DNA of 20,000 nt from assembly GCA_010015805.1 (NCBI GenBank), contig ML978129.1:1669385-1689384 (forward strand), written 5' to 3'. The position numbers and the translations under genes are program-made. Source of the DNA: Rhizodiscina lignyota. Lineage: Eukaryota. The notes under the pieces are model-generated. The model had not been told where the DNA came from and searched no databases. It worked only from the letters and a program-made list of their open reading frames with translations. Positions 1-11,135 of the stretch are shown here, piece after piece. Each line of letters begins with the position of its first letter. Positions within the stretch are counted from its first letter, which is position 1.

Positions 1-421
1 CAGGCGCAGCCCACAACGGAGCCCGAAGCGCATGAGAAAGCGCTACAGGAACTGTACGACGAGCTGAGCGCTGTATGTGCGAATTGGAAAGGGCCATTTT
101 TCCTTGGTGAGAAGTTCAGCCTGGTGGACATAGCAATAGGGCCATGGGCGGTCAGAGACTTCATTGTGGAGAGGTATAGAGGGTTCGAGAGGCAGAAGGT
201 GAAAGGATGGACGGAGTGGGCCGAGGCTTTGGCTTCAAGACCGAGTATAGCAAAGACAACGAGTGTGAGTGCAATGCATTTGGATGATATCCGCAATGGA
301 AGGAGCTGACTAGGATAAATAGGAAAAGGAGAAGTACGTTGAGTTCAACCAGACCTTTTTAAGGAACGAGTCGCATAGCCGAGTCGCTATTGCGGCAAGA
401 AGTGGCAGATCAATTCTATAA
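1..421 (+). CDS. Glutathione S-transferase, C-terminal part (5' truncated by window edge); exons <1..264 and 323..421
   Basis: Frame 1 is open from base 1: QAQPTTEPEAHEKALQELYDELSAVCANWKGPFFLGEKFSLVDIAIGPW...WAEALASRPSIAKTTS, containing the GST C-domain motif GPFFLGEKFSLVD. Intron 265..322 (GTGAGT...GCTGAC...TAG) joins in frame to EKEKYVEFNQTFLRNESHSRVAIAARSGRSIL, with TAA at 419-421. Confidence 0.85.
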
Positions 422-861
422 GGAGCTCTTGCTAGAAGAGCAGAAGAGGAAAGATTCGTTGAGGCATGAAGAGAATCATTATGACTATCAGGAGACGGGT
501 GACAAATGGAAGTGATGCTAATAGATAAACCCGAAGAGGCAAAATGAGACCACGAGGTGACGCCCAAATGATGCGCTGTTCTGATTGCCGACGCTCGCGG
601 ACGACATGAGTTTTTAATAAACTTGGTAGTGCATCAGGCCACAAGGTGACCTATATGTAGTCAGTCTTGAATCTCCATGCATCGATATAGTGTTACCCAC
701 CACGCTCATTCTCAAACTCTCGCTGAGGGCGAGGAGAGCCAGCAATTGGGTACGGCAGTGATGTTTTATTTTGGCGCTCTTTGACTGAGAGGGAGCCTTC
801 AGCCCAAGTTGGTCAAGCTCCCTGGGCTAATCTACAAATACATCGAGTCATGACGGCAGCC

Positions 862-2532
862 TCATGTCGTGTCCATTTCCAGCACTGGCGGCCTGCTTCC
901 CGGCAACTCTGCAAGGTTACTTTGTCCGTGGACTTCATGTCTCCGGTCGTTGGGCGGAAGCTCACCCGGCTCGACTGATTCCAGCTCTGCGGGCTTCACC
1001 ATCGAATCATTTGGCAGCTCTGCCTTTTCAAAACGTCCGCCAGCGTCTGCAGAAGCCTTCGCCTTTCGCTTCTGACGCCTCCTGTACCAGAGAAGGCAGG
1101 CTGCAAGGCCCGATACAAGAATCACGCCCAGCGAGATTCCTACGCCAATGCCAGCCTTGGCTCCTGAGCTTAGGCCAGATGACTGGACAGCTGTATTTGA
1201 GGGAGATGTTGCTGCGGCTGTGGATGCTGATGTACCGGTGCTTGTTACGGATGTGGAAGTGGTATGAGGTGACCCGACAGCGCCCGGCACTCCGTTCTTC
1301 CCAGGTGTGATCTGCAGAATGTTTTGACTTGTCGAATTGAAGTTCGTCTGTGCAAATGACATCTCGTTGTTATCGAGGTTGTGCACAAGGTATGTACTGC
1401 TCAAGAACGTGTCGCCAAGGACGTACGGCTCGCTGCCGTTCACGATGCCAAAGAAGCATTCGACGTTGCCCTTGCTTCCATACTGGTGGATGACGAGCTC
1501 TGCTAGTGATACATTGACAGTGGGCCATGAAAGGGTGAAATCCAGCGTAGTTTGATTGTTCGCCTGATCACAGTCGATCGACCAGAGGCTTGCATTGACG
1601 TCGTACTTAGTGGCTCCTACCAACGCAAGGATTGTACTTGTTATATTGTCTGGTAGGACGGTGTACCTTGTAGAAGCATCTACAGCCACTGTAATGTTGC
1701 CTTTGGTCAATATTGCGGTGTCGCCAAACCGGAGATCTGTAAGCGAAACTAAGAGATTCGCTTGAGTCCCGCCTTGCGATGTGATTGGGATCGTGCGCAG
1801 AGGGCCGGTGTACTTGTCAGAGTCCACGCCACCAAATAATATCGAGCCTATCCCACTGGAAAGATCATTCAACCAGAGACTGTACGCATTCGATTTGATG
1901 ACACCCTGATCCACTAGGAGTTGCGGGAAGTTGGAATACGGCTGTTTGTTTTCACCGTAGGCTTGATATTCCTGCTTCGTATATCCAAGACCGAGAACTC
2001 CCTGATCAGCGTTCGAGTCCAGGGCTATTCCAAATTGAACACCGTCTAACGTCTGGCCTCCCGCGAACCGGATAGTGTCGGTGGCGTACGCGCCTGTGAC
2101 AGAGTTGCCGTCGCTATACAATACTGAGAAGTTGTTGTTAACAGTGGCATATGTGGAAGACTCGTCTGGGTTGTATGTGCCGAACGGTGCGCAGTTATTA
2201 GACTTTGATTCGCAATAGCTTGATGAGGGTACATTGACCCAAGTATCGCCAGCAGAGAGGTCGACTAAGAGTTCCACAACCTGCGCGGGAACTCCTATTG
2301 TGAGGTTGGCCTGAAACGGTAGATATCCTGAGCCTGATTGGAGGGTTAGATCGACAGCATCGCGCCTGCCAACACGGATGAGTCTTTTGGCAATGTCATC
2401 TGGCTGAAATCTGCGCTTGATGTCGAGACTGAAGACGCCAGGCTTGAAGACGTCAGGGTGGGTTGACGCCGGGACAATACCGCACGCAGTCATGAGCAGT
2501 AGCCATGACTGACGTGAAATAGCAGCTGTCAT
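862..2532 (-). CDS. Pepsin-family (A1, yapsin-like) aspartic protease homolog, single-pass membrane protein, 556 aa, degenerate catalytic motifs
   Basis: Intronless ORF. Signal peptide; dibasic KR/RR sites in the pro-region; LTIGVPAQVVELLVD, flap FSVLYSDG, GVLGLG, YSLWLND, ILFGGVD, VLGDTFL; Ser/Thr-rich stalk; TM helix GIGVGISLGVILVSGLAACLLWY followed by RRRQKRK. Confidence 0.9.
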   Translation of the reverse strand: MTAAISRQSWLLLMTACGIVPASTHPDVFKPGVFSLDIKRRFQPDDIAKRLIRVGRRDAVDLTLQSGSGYLPFQANLTIGVPAQVVELLVDLSAGDTWVNVPSSSYCESKSNNCAPFGTYNPDESSTYATVNNNFSVLYSDGNSVTGAYATDTIRFAGGQTLDGVQFGIALDSNADQGVLGLGYTKQEYQAYGENKQPYSNFPQLLVDQGVIKSNAYSLWLNDLSSGIGSILFGGVDSDKYTGPLRTIPITSQGGTQANLLVSLTDLRFGDTAILTKGNITVAVDASTRYTVLPDNITSTILALVGATKYDVNASLWSIDCDQANNQTTLDFTLSWPTVNVSLAELVIHQYGSKGNVECFFGIVNGSEPYVLGDTFLSSTYLVHNLDNNEMSFAQTNFNSTSQNILQITPGKNGVPGAVGSPHTTSTSVTSTGTSASTAAATSPSNTAVQSSGLSSGAKAGIGVGISLGVILVSGLAACLLWYRRRQKRKAKASADAGGRFEKAELPNDSMVKPAELESVEPGELPPNDRRHEVHGQSNLAELPGSRPPVLEMDTT

Positions 2533-3345
2533 TATTCAATACAGCTAGAAAGTCTGCGCCTAATAGCGCAGGCCGACGCGTATTTTTTATTTTTTTGGAA
2601 GCTCAAAACAGGAGATGTTCATGAGGCTAATTGGGGGGCAGTGCCACCTTTTAACTCTAGTTTCCAGCCACTGAATCCTGTTCGGATATGGATCGCAATT
2701 AGGCATGTTTCCCGATTGGAAAAAGTCACACTTCAAGTCTATCAACTAGTGAATGAACATTCGACTGACAAGTGGATCTACCTGACGTTCGTATAGAAAA
2801 TGTCCATATGAATGTATATTCACTTTTGTATCCATTTAAAGGCTGAAAAGCCGACGATGCCCCTGCATTGAACGCCCGAGCCGACGTTTTAAGACTACTG
2901 GGATCCATTTTATGTTAATAAGAATACTTTAATAAGTACTGTAAATGCTGAAGCGAGAAGCACGACAGTCGGAATAAGGCGAGTCACCTTGCTTGGGGCA
3001 GGACGCGGGTTCAACAAACACTGTACTTAGAAACTGAGCAACTCCTGAGACTGGGGTGGTTTGATGGGGAAGAGAACATCGCATATTGTATGACCCTCTT
3101 GAGAGAGTGTGAACTGTTACGAGCTCGTTTGTTAGCCTTGAAAGGGTTTCCCTTCGGGGTAGAGGATATGGCTTGTTGGGCCTCTCTTGTTTTAATCCCT
3201 ACTGTTTGTCAATCCAAGTATCTTTATCCTGCACAAACGCCTGGGTATATATAGACCTCCAAAGATAGCAAGCTTCTTACAATCTAAGCTTGCTACTCCG
3301 TTCTGTAATCCCACGGAACAGGTCCAATGATATATGCACTCGTGA

Positions 3346-4718
3346 TCATTTCGATTCTCCTTCATCTAAGGAAGAATCCGCGTCCGTTTCAACATTCGGC
3401 TCCCAGCCGCCAAAACCATCAACTGCAGCAACATCCATCCCACTTAATCGTCGCATTATCTCACGGATCCCGTGAGGCATGACGCCCAGCCATCCCATAT
3501 ATCTCGAATACATCGGCATACTAATCTCTCCGCTTCGGCCTTCCTTAATGTAGCGCACTATTTCACGGCCCAGTTCAACTGGTTCGACGATTGGCGCTAG
3601 GAAGTTGGAAGGTGTTGCCACGTCGGCGAACATACGTGTATTCAATTGACCTGGGGACACAAGAATTGTGCGAATATTCGCCGCCTTGGGGTTTTCGCGG
3701 GCTAAAACATTAAGATCTGCTCGTAGAGAGGCATGCATTGAGAGTAGCGCGGCTTTGGTTGAAGTGTACGCTGCTTTTTGGAAGTTAGTATCGCACAAAA
3801 CAACGAGTGCGGTAAAGATGAGAGCATTGAAGCTCGAGGGACCGTTTGCAGGACTGAAACACATACAGAGATTGGCGCAGCCGACCTTTCCCATTACACT
3901 TGAAATAGTCACGACACAGCCTCGTCTTTTCTTAATCATGTCTGGAAACCATAAATGGAGTGCGTGAAAATGAGACAAGACGTTTATGCGATAGATACTA
4001 ATGACATTGTTAGGGACTGCCATTCTCTCCCATCAACAATTGACGCACCGTTCGACTTCTTCAATGGAAACGCCGAAGATTGGTCCCGGGCTCACCACGG
4101 CGGCGTTATTGATCAGGACTGTTGGAACGACGCCAAACTATTTGGATATTAACGGAACGGAATGCATCGTACAGGAGGCAAGAGCTGGGTAATGTATTTG
4201 AGAGCACTTGGACCACTACTTACCTCTTTTCTGATCTTCTTGGCAACTTCCTCCATCTCCTTTTGGCTGCCAACATCGCATTGAAAGAACGTAACGCCTC
4301 GGACCTCTTCGAGGTCCCGTTTTGGCTTATCAATATCAAGGACAATAACAGTAGCCCCATTCATGCCCAACATTTGGGCCAGGCTTAATCCAAGGCCATT
4401 AGCACCTCCAGTGATGACTACCACCTCTTCTCCCAAGTCAACTTCTTTAGAACCGGGAAAGGCGACGGCATCATCAATATAGAAGAACAAATGCACGGCA
4501 TTGACGAGCACGGCAAAGATGCATGTCCCAATGACGACAGGGTGATAAGCTGATCGTCCAAGGGAAATGAGAGAAAGCGGGACAATCCAAGATATGAAGG
4601 GATGCAGGAAAGATCGTTGAAGGACGCGCCAGAGAAGATCAATAGTAATGTGATCGAACCATGATGGGCCCTGAGAACCATGGATCTCCCGCGCAAGGGT
4701 TTGGGTTGGACGTGACAT
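3346..4718 (-). CDS. Short-chain dehydrogenase/reductase (17beta-HSD11/retinol dehydrogenase-like) with N-terminal membrane segments; exons 4718..4224, 4137..4049, 3997..3867, 3773..3346
   Basis: VVVITGGANGLG Rossmann motif, CDVG, LINNAAVV, catalytic Ser in TISSV, YTSTK (YxxxK), PGQLNT. Introns 4223..4138 (GTAAGT..TAG), 4048..3998 (GTGCGT..CTAAC..TAG) and 3866..3774 (GTATGT..CTAAC..AAG) give a continuous frame. Confidence 0.9.
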
Positions 4719-5244
4719 GGCTCTCTCGTGCTTCGAAAACGAGGAAGTGTCTCGCTAGGACATTGTGAAAGTCTTGAAGATATTCGCCGACGTGTGAACT
4801 CGGCGCTTAAAGGGGAGCAGGTGAGAAATGTGGCCAATCAGGTGGAAGTGCTTCAAAAGTGTTCGGAAGAAAATGTTTCTCCTTGATGCCGACTGGCTTT
4901 TCCGCATTAGGAAAGGCGCGCTACGGCCCCTGTCGGTCGGCATCATCCAAATCCAGTCCTCCATATGCTCCGCGCTCCACTGCGCCTTCGACTCTCTTTC
5001 GCAACACATACCAAGAATACATATTGAAGTGGATCTCATTTTGTTCGCCTCTCGGTCCGGCGAGCATCCCCCGAGGTTTACCCAGTACTATTGAATCTCA
5101 CAGTCACCTATACTCCGCACAAGAGCTTCGAATCCCTGCCACCGCAACGCAAGCTACTCAGTTTCACACAACACATCCGCAACAACCCAACTTTGTATAT
5201 CGATCAGCATCTGAGATTGTCACGAGAGGTGCATCGCAGTAGCG
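4719..5244. promoter_or_regulatory. Divergent intergenic region (shared promoter region) between SDR and Sds3-like gene
   Basis: Head-to-head start codons with 526 bp between them; no specific site identified. Confidence 0.5.
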
Positions 5245-6976
5245 ATGGCACCGAATCGCAGCATATCTCCCCAAGATGTCCCCATGGTACACCCCACAGC
5301 GTCTCCCCCACGGCAGATTTCTAAGATCGAGAAGAAACGCAGCCAGATCACCGACAAGCTCAGCCTAATGATCAAGGAATTCAATCAGAATCTCCGACCG
5401 CACTATGAAGCGCAACTCAACGCCATCCAAGTCGACATCAACCTCATTACGCGCGCCGATCCTTACCAGACCACGCCTCTCCCAGACAGCCCAGAAGAGG
5501 TCCAAAAAGTCATACATGAGCTGTTCGGAGGTCAGATACCAGCGGACCCAGTCGCTGCGGAAGACTTCACAGCACAGGCTGGGAAGCTGTACGAGGAATT
5601 CGCGATAAAGGTGAATGATTTGATGGAGCAGAGAGACGTGGCCCTCGCAATGCTTGCGGTAAGCTAATGAGTCCTTGCTCCAAACCAACAAAAGCAGAAG
5701 ATATATCTCTAAGACAGTGTACTTCCAACAGAACAAACACGACAAAAGCCTCGACGAAGTGGAACGGAGACACAAGTTTCATGTCCAACTCGCCCAAGAA
5801 GAGCACAAGCTCCTCGCCGACACTGTTCGACAGCGCCTGTTTGCGACTCTTGAGAAGAAACGAAGGACCCTATTAGCGGAGAAGGAGGCCCTAGATATTG
5901 GCGACAGTAATGCCTCACTCCTCCACCCCGACCAATACCGCCACATGCACAACCCATCCAGCCCTGGGGGTACACAGAACGCAAGGAAGACTAGGAACGC
6001 TAGGCACCGAGTCGACCTAGACGAGCTGCCAAGTGCTGCCGTTGCGCAGGAGAATAGGAGGAAGCGCAAGGCCGAAGATGCTGATGAATCACCGGGGCCA
6101 GGTACGAAGCATCATGGTCCAGGTTCGCCGTACCGCGACGCCAAAGCAAAGCAAACCTTCGCGCAGTACGGCGCATCGGCATTATCCATCGAGCGACTCT
6201 TTACGGAAAAGGAGCTTGCATTAAACATGAACACCGCCGCCCTCGCGGCGACAAATTTCATGGTCCAGCTCAGAGATGCGCCCAAAAACTCGGAAGCGAC
6301 AAACGGCATGAACGGCTATCAGACAGACACTGAAGACGCGCCCGGCGCATCCACATCCATTCCCACCATCATGAACGAAGCCACAGACCCAGAAGACGAC
6401 GCCACACCCGCCGCGGCCCCCGAAATGGACCGCACTGCCAACACGTCGCAGTACGCCCATCAAACCCGCGGCGCGACGCGCAACGCCCTCGCCGACCTGG
6501 CAACCATCGCAGGCGGCCAGCTACCATTCCCAGCGCACAGTATCCCGACCTACGTCCCAGCCATCATGGGCGCAAAGGCCAACGGTGCAGCACCCACACC
6601 CCAAAGTCTAACGGGCTCCGAGATCGACCAGGACTTTGCGATCTTCGGCCGGCGCGACGTGACCGGGGACGATACATTGAACACGAGACTACTCGAGCAT
6701 GCGGTGGGCGAGGAGGTGCGAGGAGCTCAGAATTTCGCGGTGTTCAGGCTCCAGCCACCCGCACCCGCGGCGGAGAGCGAGAAAGACGAGCCGGCGGGAT
6801 TGGGTCTGCTTCCACATGGCTTGAGAACCGTGCCTATGAGTAGGCAGACTAGCACAGGTGGTATGAGCGATGTCGGTGGAGCGCCGATGAGTCGTACGGG
6901 GAGTGCGATGGGTGGTACGTCCATGAGGCGCATGGCGAGCAATAGAGGACGGGGTCGTGGACGTGTTGATGCGTGA
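5245..6976 (+). CDS. SDS3: Sds3-like subunit of the Sin3/Rpd3L histone deacetylase complex, ~552 aa; exons 5245..5658 and 5732..6976
   Basis: N-terminal coiled coil KKRSQITDKL..F..N...YEAQLNAIQVDINLITRADPY and EEHKLLADTVRQRL..LEKKRRTLLAEKEALDIGDSNASLLHP, plus SIERLFTEKEL and QTRGATR, resemble fungal Sds3 proteins. Phase-0 intron 5659..5731 (GTAAGC..CAG) joins the two ORFs in frame. Confidence 0.8.
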
Positions 6977-8030
6977 AAGGCTTATTCTGAAGAGCAGTTA
7001 TGATGCTGACGTTAGCTCTTATGCTCTCTCCGAATGGAATGGAACGGGACCAGAGAGCACCTGAGTTTAGGGATGGACTAGCGAATCATGCGAGCAATGG
7101 CATTGTGTGGAATATACCCCACTAGGCTTTCTAGACGAAATAGATGCAGTTCACAATGTTTTATCTTGCCTCCTGCGCATCTTAGAAGTACGTCTTGAGA
7201 GTGACAAAATCATTGACCGCCGAGTAAGCTAAAACACCTAGAGGAGAGCAGGTCTTGCACTTCAAGGTAAGCAGGACTATCTCTGAAAGCACCGTTCTAC
7301 ACTCTTCAGAGTGTTTACCATAACACTATACCGTTGAAGCTTATTTGCGCTTTGTCGGGCACAGAGGCTATGTCGCGGCCGCTGACCACTGCGGATAGCT
7401 CATTTGTCGCCATCAGGTGCGTGAAAAGCAGATGTTGCATCATTGATTCAAGAGACTTGATTTGATCCCCCTTGAGGTGATATCCGCCTACCAGATACAT
7501 ACATGCCCAAGGGCAGCAGGCCGGTATCCCAAAACGTCCAGACTATGCTTCAACTAAAGGGCAAGCCCGTACCCCATTCGCTTTCGATTCGATCTTCGCA
7601 GTTGTGCAAAACAATCCCCCAAAAACAGCAGAAGAAAAAAGTTTTCTACCAGTCAATTACAGAGCTCCAAGTGCGCTCTACGGCCAGCCGGACGAAGGGA
7701 ACTTTCAAAAAGAGAAGGGGTGTACAAAGGGGAAATCTTTAAATGCCGGAACAACAGCAGGACATCGGGGTTCGACTGGGGGCGCCAAAAAAGCAGTAGA
7801 ATTGCAAAAAGAGAAAATGGGGATAAGGCAAACGCCATGCGCCAATCGCTGCGTGTCGAGAATGCTGTCAGATGCTTTGTCATCTTTGATGTACTTGTTG
7901 CTTTGTGGTCTTTTTCAATAATTGAGCCACGCGTCGTCATTGTTTGTTGTGGGTAGAATGGGGAGAGAAAGAGCGCTTCGGAATTTGGGGCGGATCGATC
8001 TGCAGCAAGTGAGAGTATCGTCGATTGAGT

Positions 8031-10761
8031 TCAGAACACGGCGGCCAACCCGTTCTTCGACTGTCGTCTAGAGAACCTCTTCCTGCCCTTGCCACCGAGG
8101 CTCCTCACGCTCTCTCCATCGTTATCCGTTTCGTCACGTCTGTCTTTCTTCCGCATCAGATGCCGTGTCCCTATTGGTATATTAACACCTTCGATCTGAT
8201 CCTGCACGCCAAGGGTGCTGTTCGGGCTGCTCATCGTACTACTCAGATCATTGAGGCCAGAGTCGCCTGAGTAGCTATTTGAAAGAGAATGAGATAGAGC
8301 AAGATCTCGCGCACGCTCAAGGCTGTCCATCCACTCCGCCGTGCTGTATTTGCTGCCGTCCGGGTCTGCCGTCGTCGCTTTCGGGTCTTCGAAGACGTAG
8401 TGTTTATCTTTCTTTGAGGTTATCAGATTCTCATGAATAGGAGGGGGGAGTGTAAACTTTACCGTATCCAAACACCACACTGTCAAGCCCTTCGAATCCT
8501 TGTAGCTCTTCCATGAACAGCCGTGAGTCATGAGATTGATATCCATTTTCGCCTTTTTCTCGTCGCCACCAGCAGCCGCCATGACCAGGTGCGCACTACT
8601 CGTTACCATGACTAGTCTTTGCCGTTTCTTTAACGTGCTGCTGCCGAAGAAGCGCTGGAACTTGTTTGGCGTTTCAGTTTTGCTTGGTTCGCCGGGAGAG
8701 TGAGGTGGGGGTGCGGATGTGACGATGAGGTTTCCGAGTTTAAGGATGCGTTCGTTGTTTCGGGTGAGCACGGGAGACCATTCAATGTCGAGTTGACTTG
8801 GAGGTGGAAGTTCGGTAATGACGCGTGGTTGAGGGCGCAGTTGGCTTGAACTTGCCGCTGCAGATGATGGACCTTGAAAAAGTTAGCGATATCCATCTCT
8901 TAAATGAAGGCGACGTCTTACCGTTCAGACGGATAGGCTCCTGTGCAGGGGCTGTGTAACTCTTTAACCTTGGAGCCTTCAGTTTCCACAATCCCTTGCC
9001 CCACGTCACCCCAGCGAAGAACTGATGATTCTTGATATGCTCCATGGGCAAACGTTGCGCCGGATCAAGCACAAGCAACCTCTCCACCAAATCTCGCGCC
9101 GATTCCGGGAAGCCATCCGGAAATACGTAATCGAGCGCTACAATCTTCTGGAATGTCTGGTACTCATTTGACGCCTTGAAAGGTGGTCGGCCCGCAAGCA
9201 GTTGATAGATGATGCAACCGAAAGCCCATAGATCGCTTGCCTTGCACGCGTTCTTCTCGGTCAGAAGCTCAGGACTGACGTATTCCGCAGTGCCTACAAA
9301 GGACATTGCGCGATCGGTATTAGCGCCGTCCATAGGATCTCCTGCTGCTATTCCAATTCCTTCGTTTTTAGGAGGGTCCAAAATCTTCGCAGTGCCAAAG
9401 TCGGTAATCTTGACGTGCATGTGGGAGTCCAGCAAAACGTTCTCTGGCTTGAGATCCCTGTGAATCACCCCCTGCCTATGCATATAATCTACCGCGTCCA
9501 AAATCTCCGCGCTGTAGAATCTTGTGCACTCCTCGTCAAAGGTTGTGTACTGCTTCAAGACCCCAAGCAGCTCCCCTCCACTCGCCAAATCCAGCACGAA
9601 ATACAACGATCGCTCGTCCTGGAAGGTGTAGTACAATCGGACGATACCAGGGTGATCTGTCAGCCGATTGAGAGTGTCCTTCTCGATGTTGACATATTTA
9701 ACCTTCTTCTCCTTGATGATGTGCTTTTTATCCAGAACTTTGATAGCGTACTCGCGCATGGTCTGTCGATCCGTAGCCGCCAAAACAGTGCTGTACGAGC
9801 CCTCGCCCAGTGTCCGTCCAAAGTTGAAGTCCTTGACGCCCTTCTTCATCGGCCTGTTCACAATCTGTCCATTGGCATCCACCTCTTGCCTAACTCCCAC
9901 TGCAGCACCCCGCTCTTTCCATTCCTCGCTACTCGGCGGTGGTCCATTCGATTCCAGACCATATGCCGAGGGTCCTACTTGCGGTGGTAGCGCGTTTCCT
10001 GGTGCTGCCATATTGGCTGGCGATATGCGTCTTGAGCTTCTTCGGGGAGGTGCTGGTCCGTTTCCACCATGCAGTGCCTGATTCTGCAGGTACGCTCTGT
10101 CCGTATAGCTGAAGTCTTGTGACGCCACACCAGCCTGTGCGGCCTGCATTGCGGCTGCTGACTTCCTTGACGAACTTGTTCGCTGCATGCCGATATTGGG
10201 TGGTTGAGGAGGGGGAATGGGTTCATCTCGGTATCGATAGCTGCTACCTGACGTGGCAGAGCTGGAGGAGACGTTTGCGTGACTGTAGAGGCCGGAGATT
10301 GGTCGCCCAGCGCCTGCGGAGGGAGGGGGGTAGGAGCGAGGTTGAGAGGATGTAGGAAATTGGACCTGCTGCTGTGCTTGGTGGCCTAGTGGCATTGGCA
10401 TGCTAGTTGGGCCTGGGCCCCGGCTGAATCTCGCATTGTGGATCGCGTTGTCACCTCTCTGAGTGGGAGAGTGTCGTAGAGTGGTGCTCGTGATTGTAGG
10501 GGGGTTTTCGAGCTGCGGGTTGCCGACGGGGGGTGGTGACGTCGATTCAGGCACCGCAGTACTCGCTCGCGGCCTCGCAGTGACAGTGCTAGCAGAGGAA
10601 TGGGACGATGGGCGTGGGCGCTCCGCGGAGGAGTTGGAGTAGGTCGAGCTATCTGACGTAGCCACGGGGGGTGGTGATGGAGAGGCCGTCTCGTCGTCAT
10701 CGTCAGGGTTGGCGATGCGCAGCCCGCCCAGCGTCTGGGACAGACTGATGTCGCCGTTCAT
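8031..10761 (-). CDS. ksg1: PDK1-family AGC master kinase (Pkh1/2, Ksg1 ortholog) with C-terminal PH-like domain, ~876 aa; exons 10761..8922, 8872..8463, 8411..8031
   Basis: LGEGSYSTV, YAIKVLDKKHIIKEKKVKYVNIEK, HRDLKPEN, DFGTAK, SFVGTAEYVSPELL are PDK1 signatures. Intron 8921..8873 (GTAAGA..GCTAAC..AAG) joins to ITELPPPSQLDIEWSPVLTRNNERILKLGNL. Intron 8462..8412 (GTAAAG..CTGAT..AAG). Confidence 0.95.
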
Positions 10762-11112
10762 GGCTCGGGGTGTGTGGGCGCAAAACGAGCGGATGGTGGT
10801 GTGTAGCGAGTGTAGAGGGTTTCGTGCAACGCGAGCGGCGGCTGTGGTGAAGCTCCGGCGAGTTGTGCAAGGTTAGGCTTGATATCCGCCCAGCGCCTTC
10901 AAAGGGGCCCAGTGCTGAGTGGAGCGCTGGCTCGTGAGCTGCGCCGTCAGCATGCAGGCGAGATGGAGATGGCCTCGGCGCTCGCACAATGGCCTGTCAA
11001 TACCATCAATATGCGGCTCCCGGCGTTGCTGTTGTTTTGGAGGCTCTCGACGGGAGCGTGGTGCGGATTTGGCTGACTGTGCCTCTGGCGGGCGGTACGG
11101 GTACGTGTACAG

Positions 11113-11135
11113 GCACTACGCACCGCACTACGCAC
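11113..11135. repeat. Short direct repeat GCACTACGCAC x2 upstream of the kinase
   Basis: 11113..11123 and 11125..11135 are identical 11-mers separated by one C. Confidence 0.8.

Noticed and set aside
3136..3160. Small hairpins including CCC-TTCG-GGG, suggesting an ncRNA
   Set aside because: Stems are only 3-5 bp and no snRNA, snoRNA, RNase P/MRP or tRNA motifs were recognised nearby.
3277..3348. Stop-codon readthrough of the SDR giving a peroxisomal signal (extension ends ...SSKLRL)
   Set aside because: SKL is not terminal, LRL is not a canonical PTS1, and the stop context is TGA-TCA rather than the leaky TGA-CTA.
7315..7956. Short ORFs between Sds3 and the kinase
   Set aside because: No recognisable motifs; A-runs on the plus strand fit a U-rich 3' UTR of the kinase.
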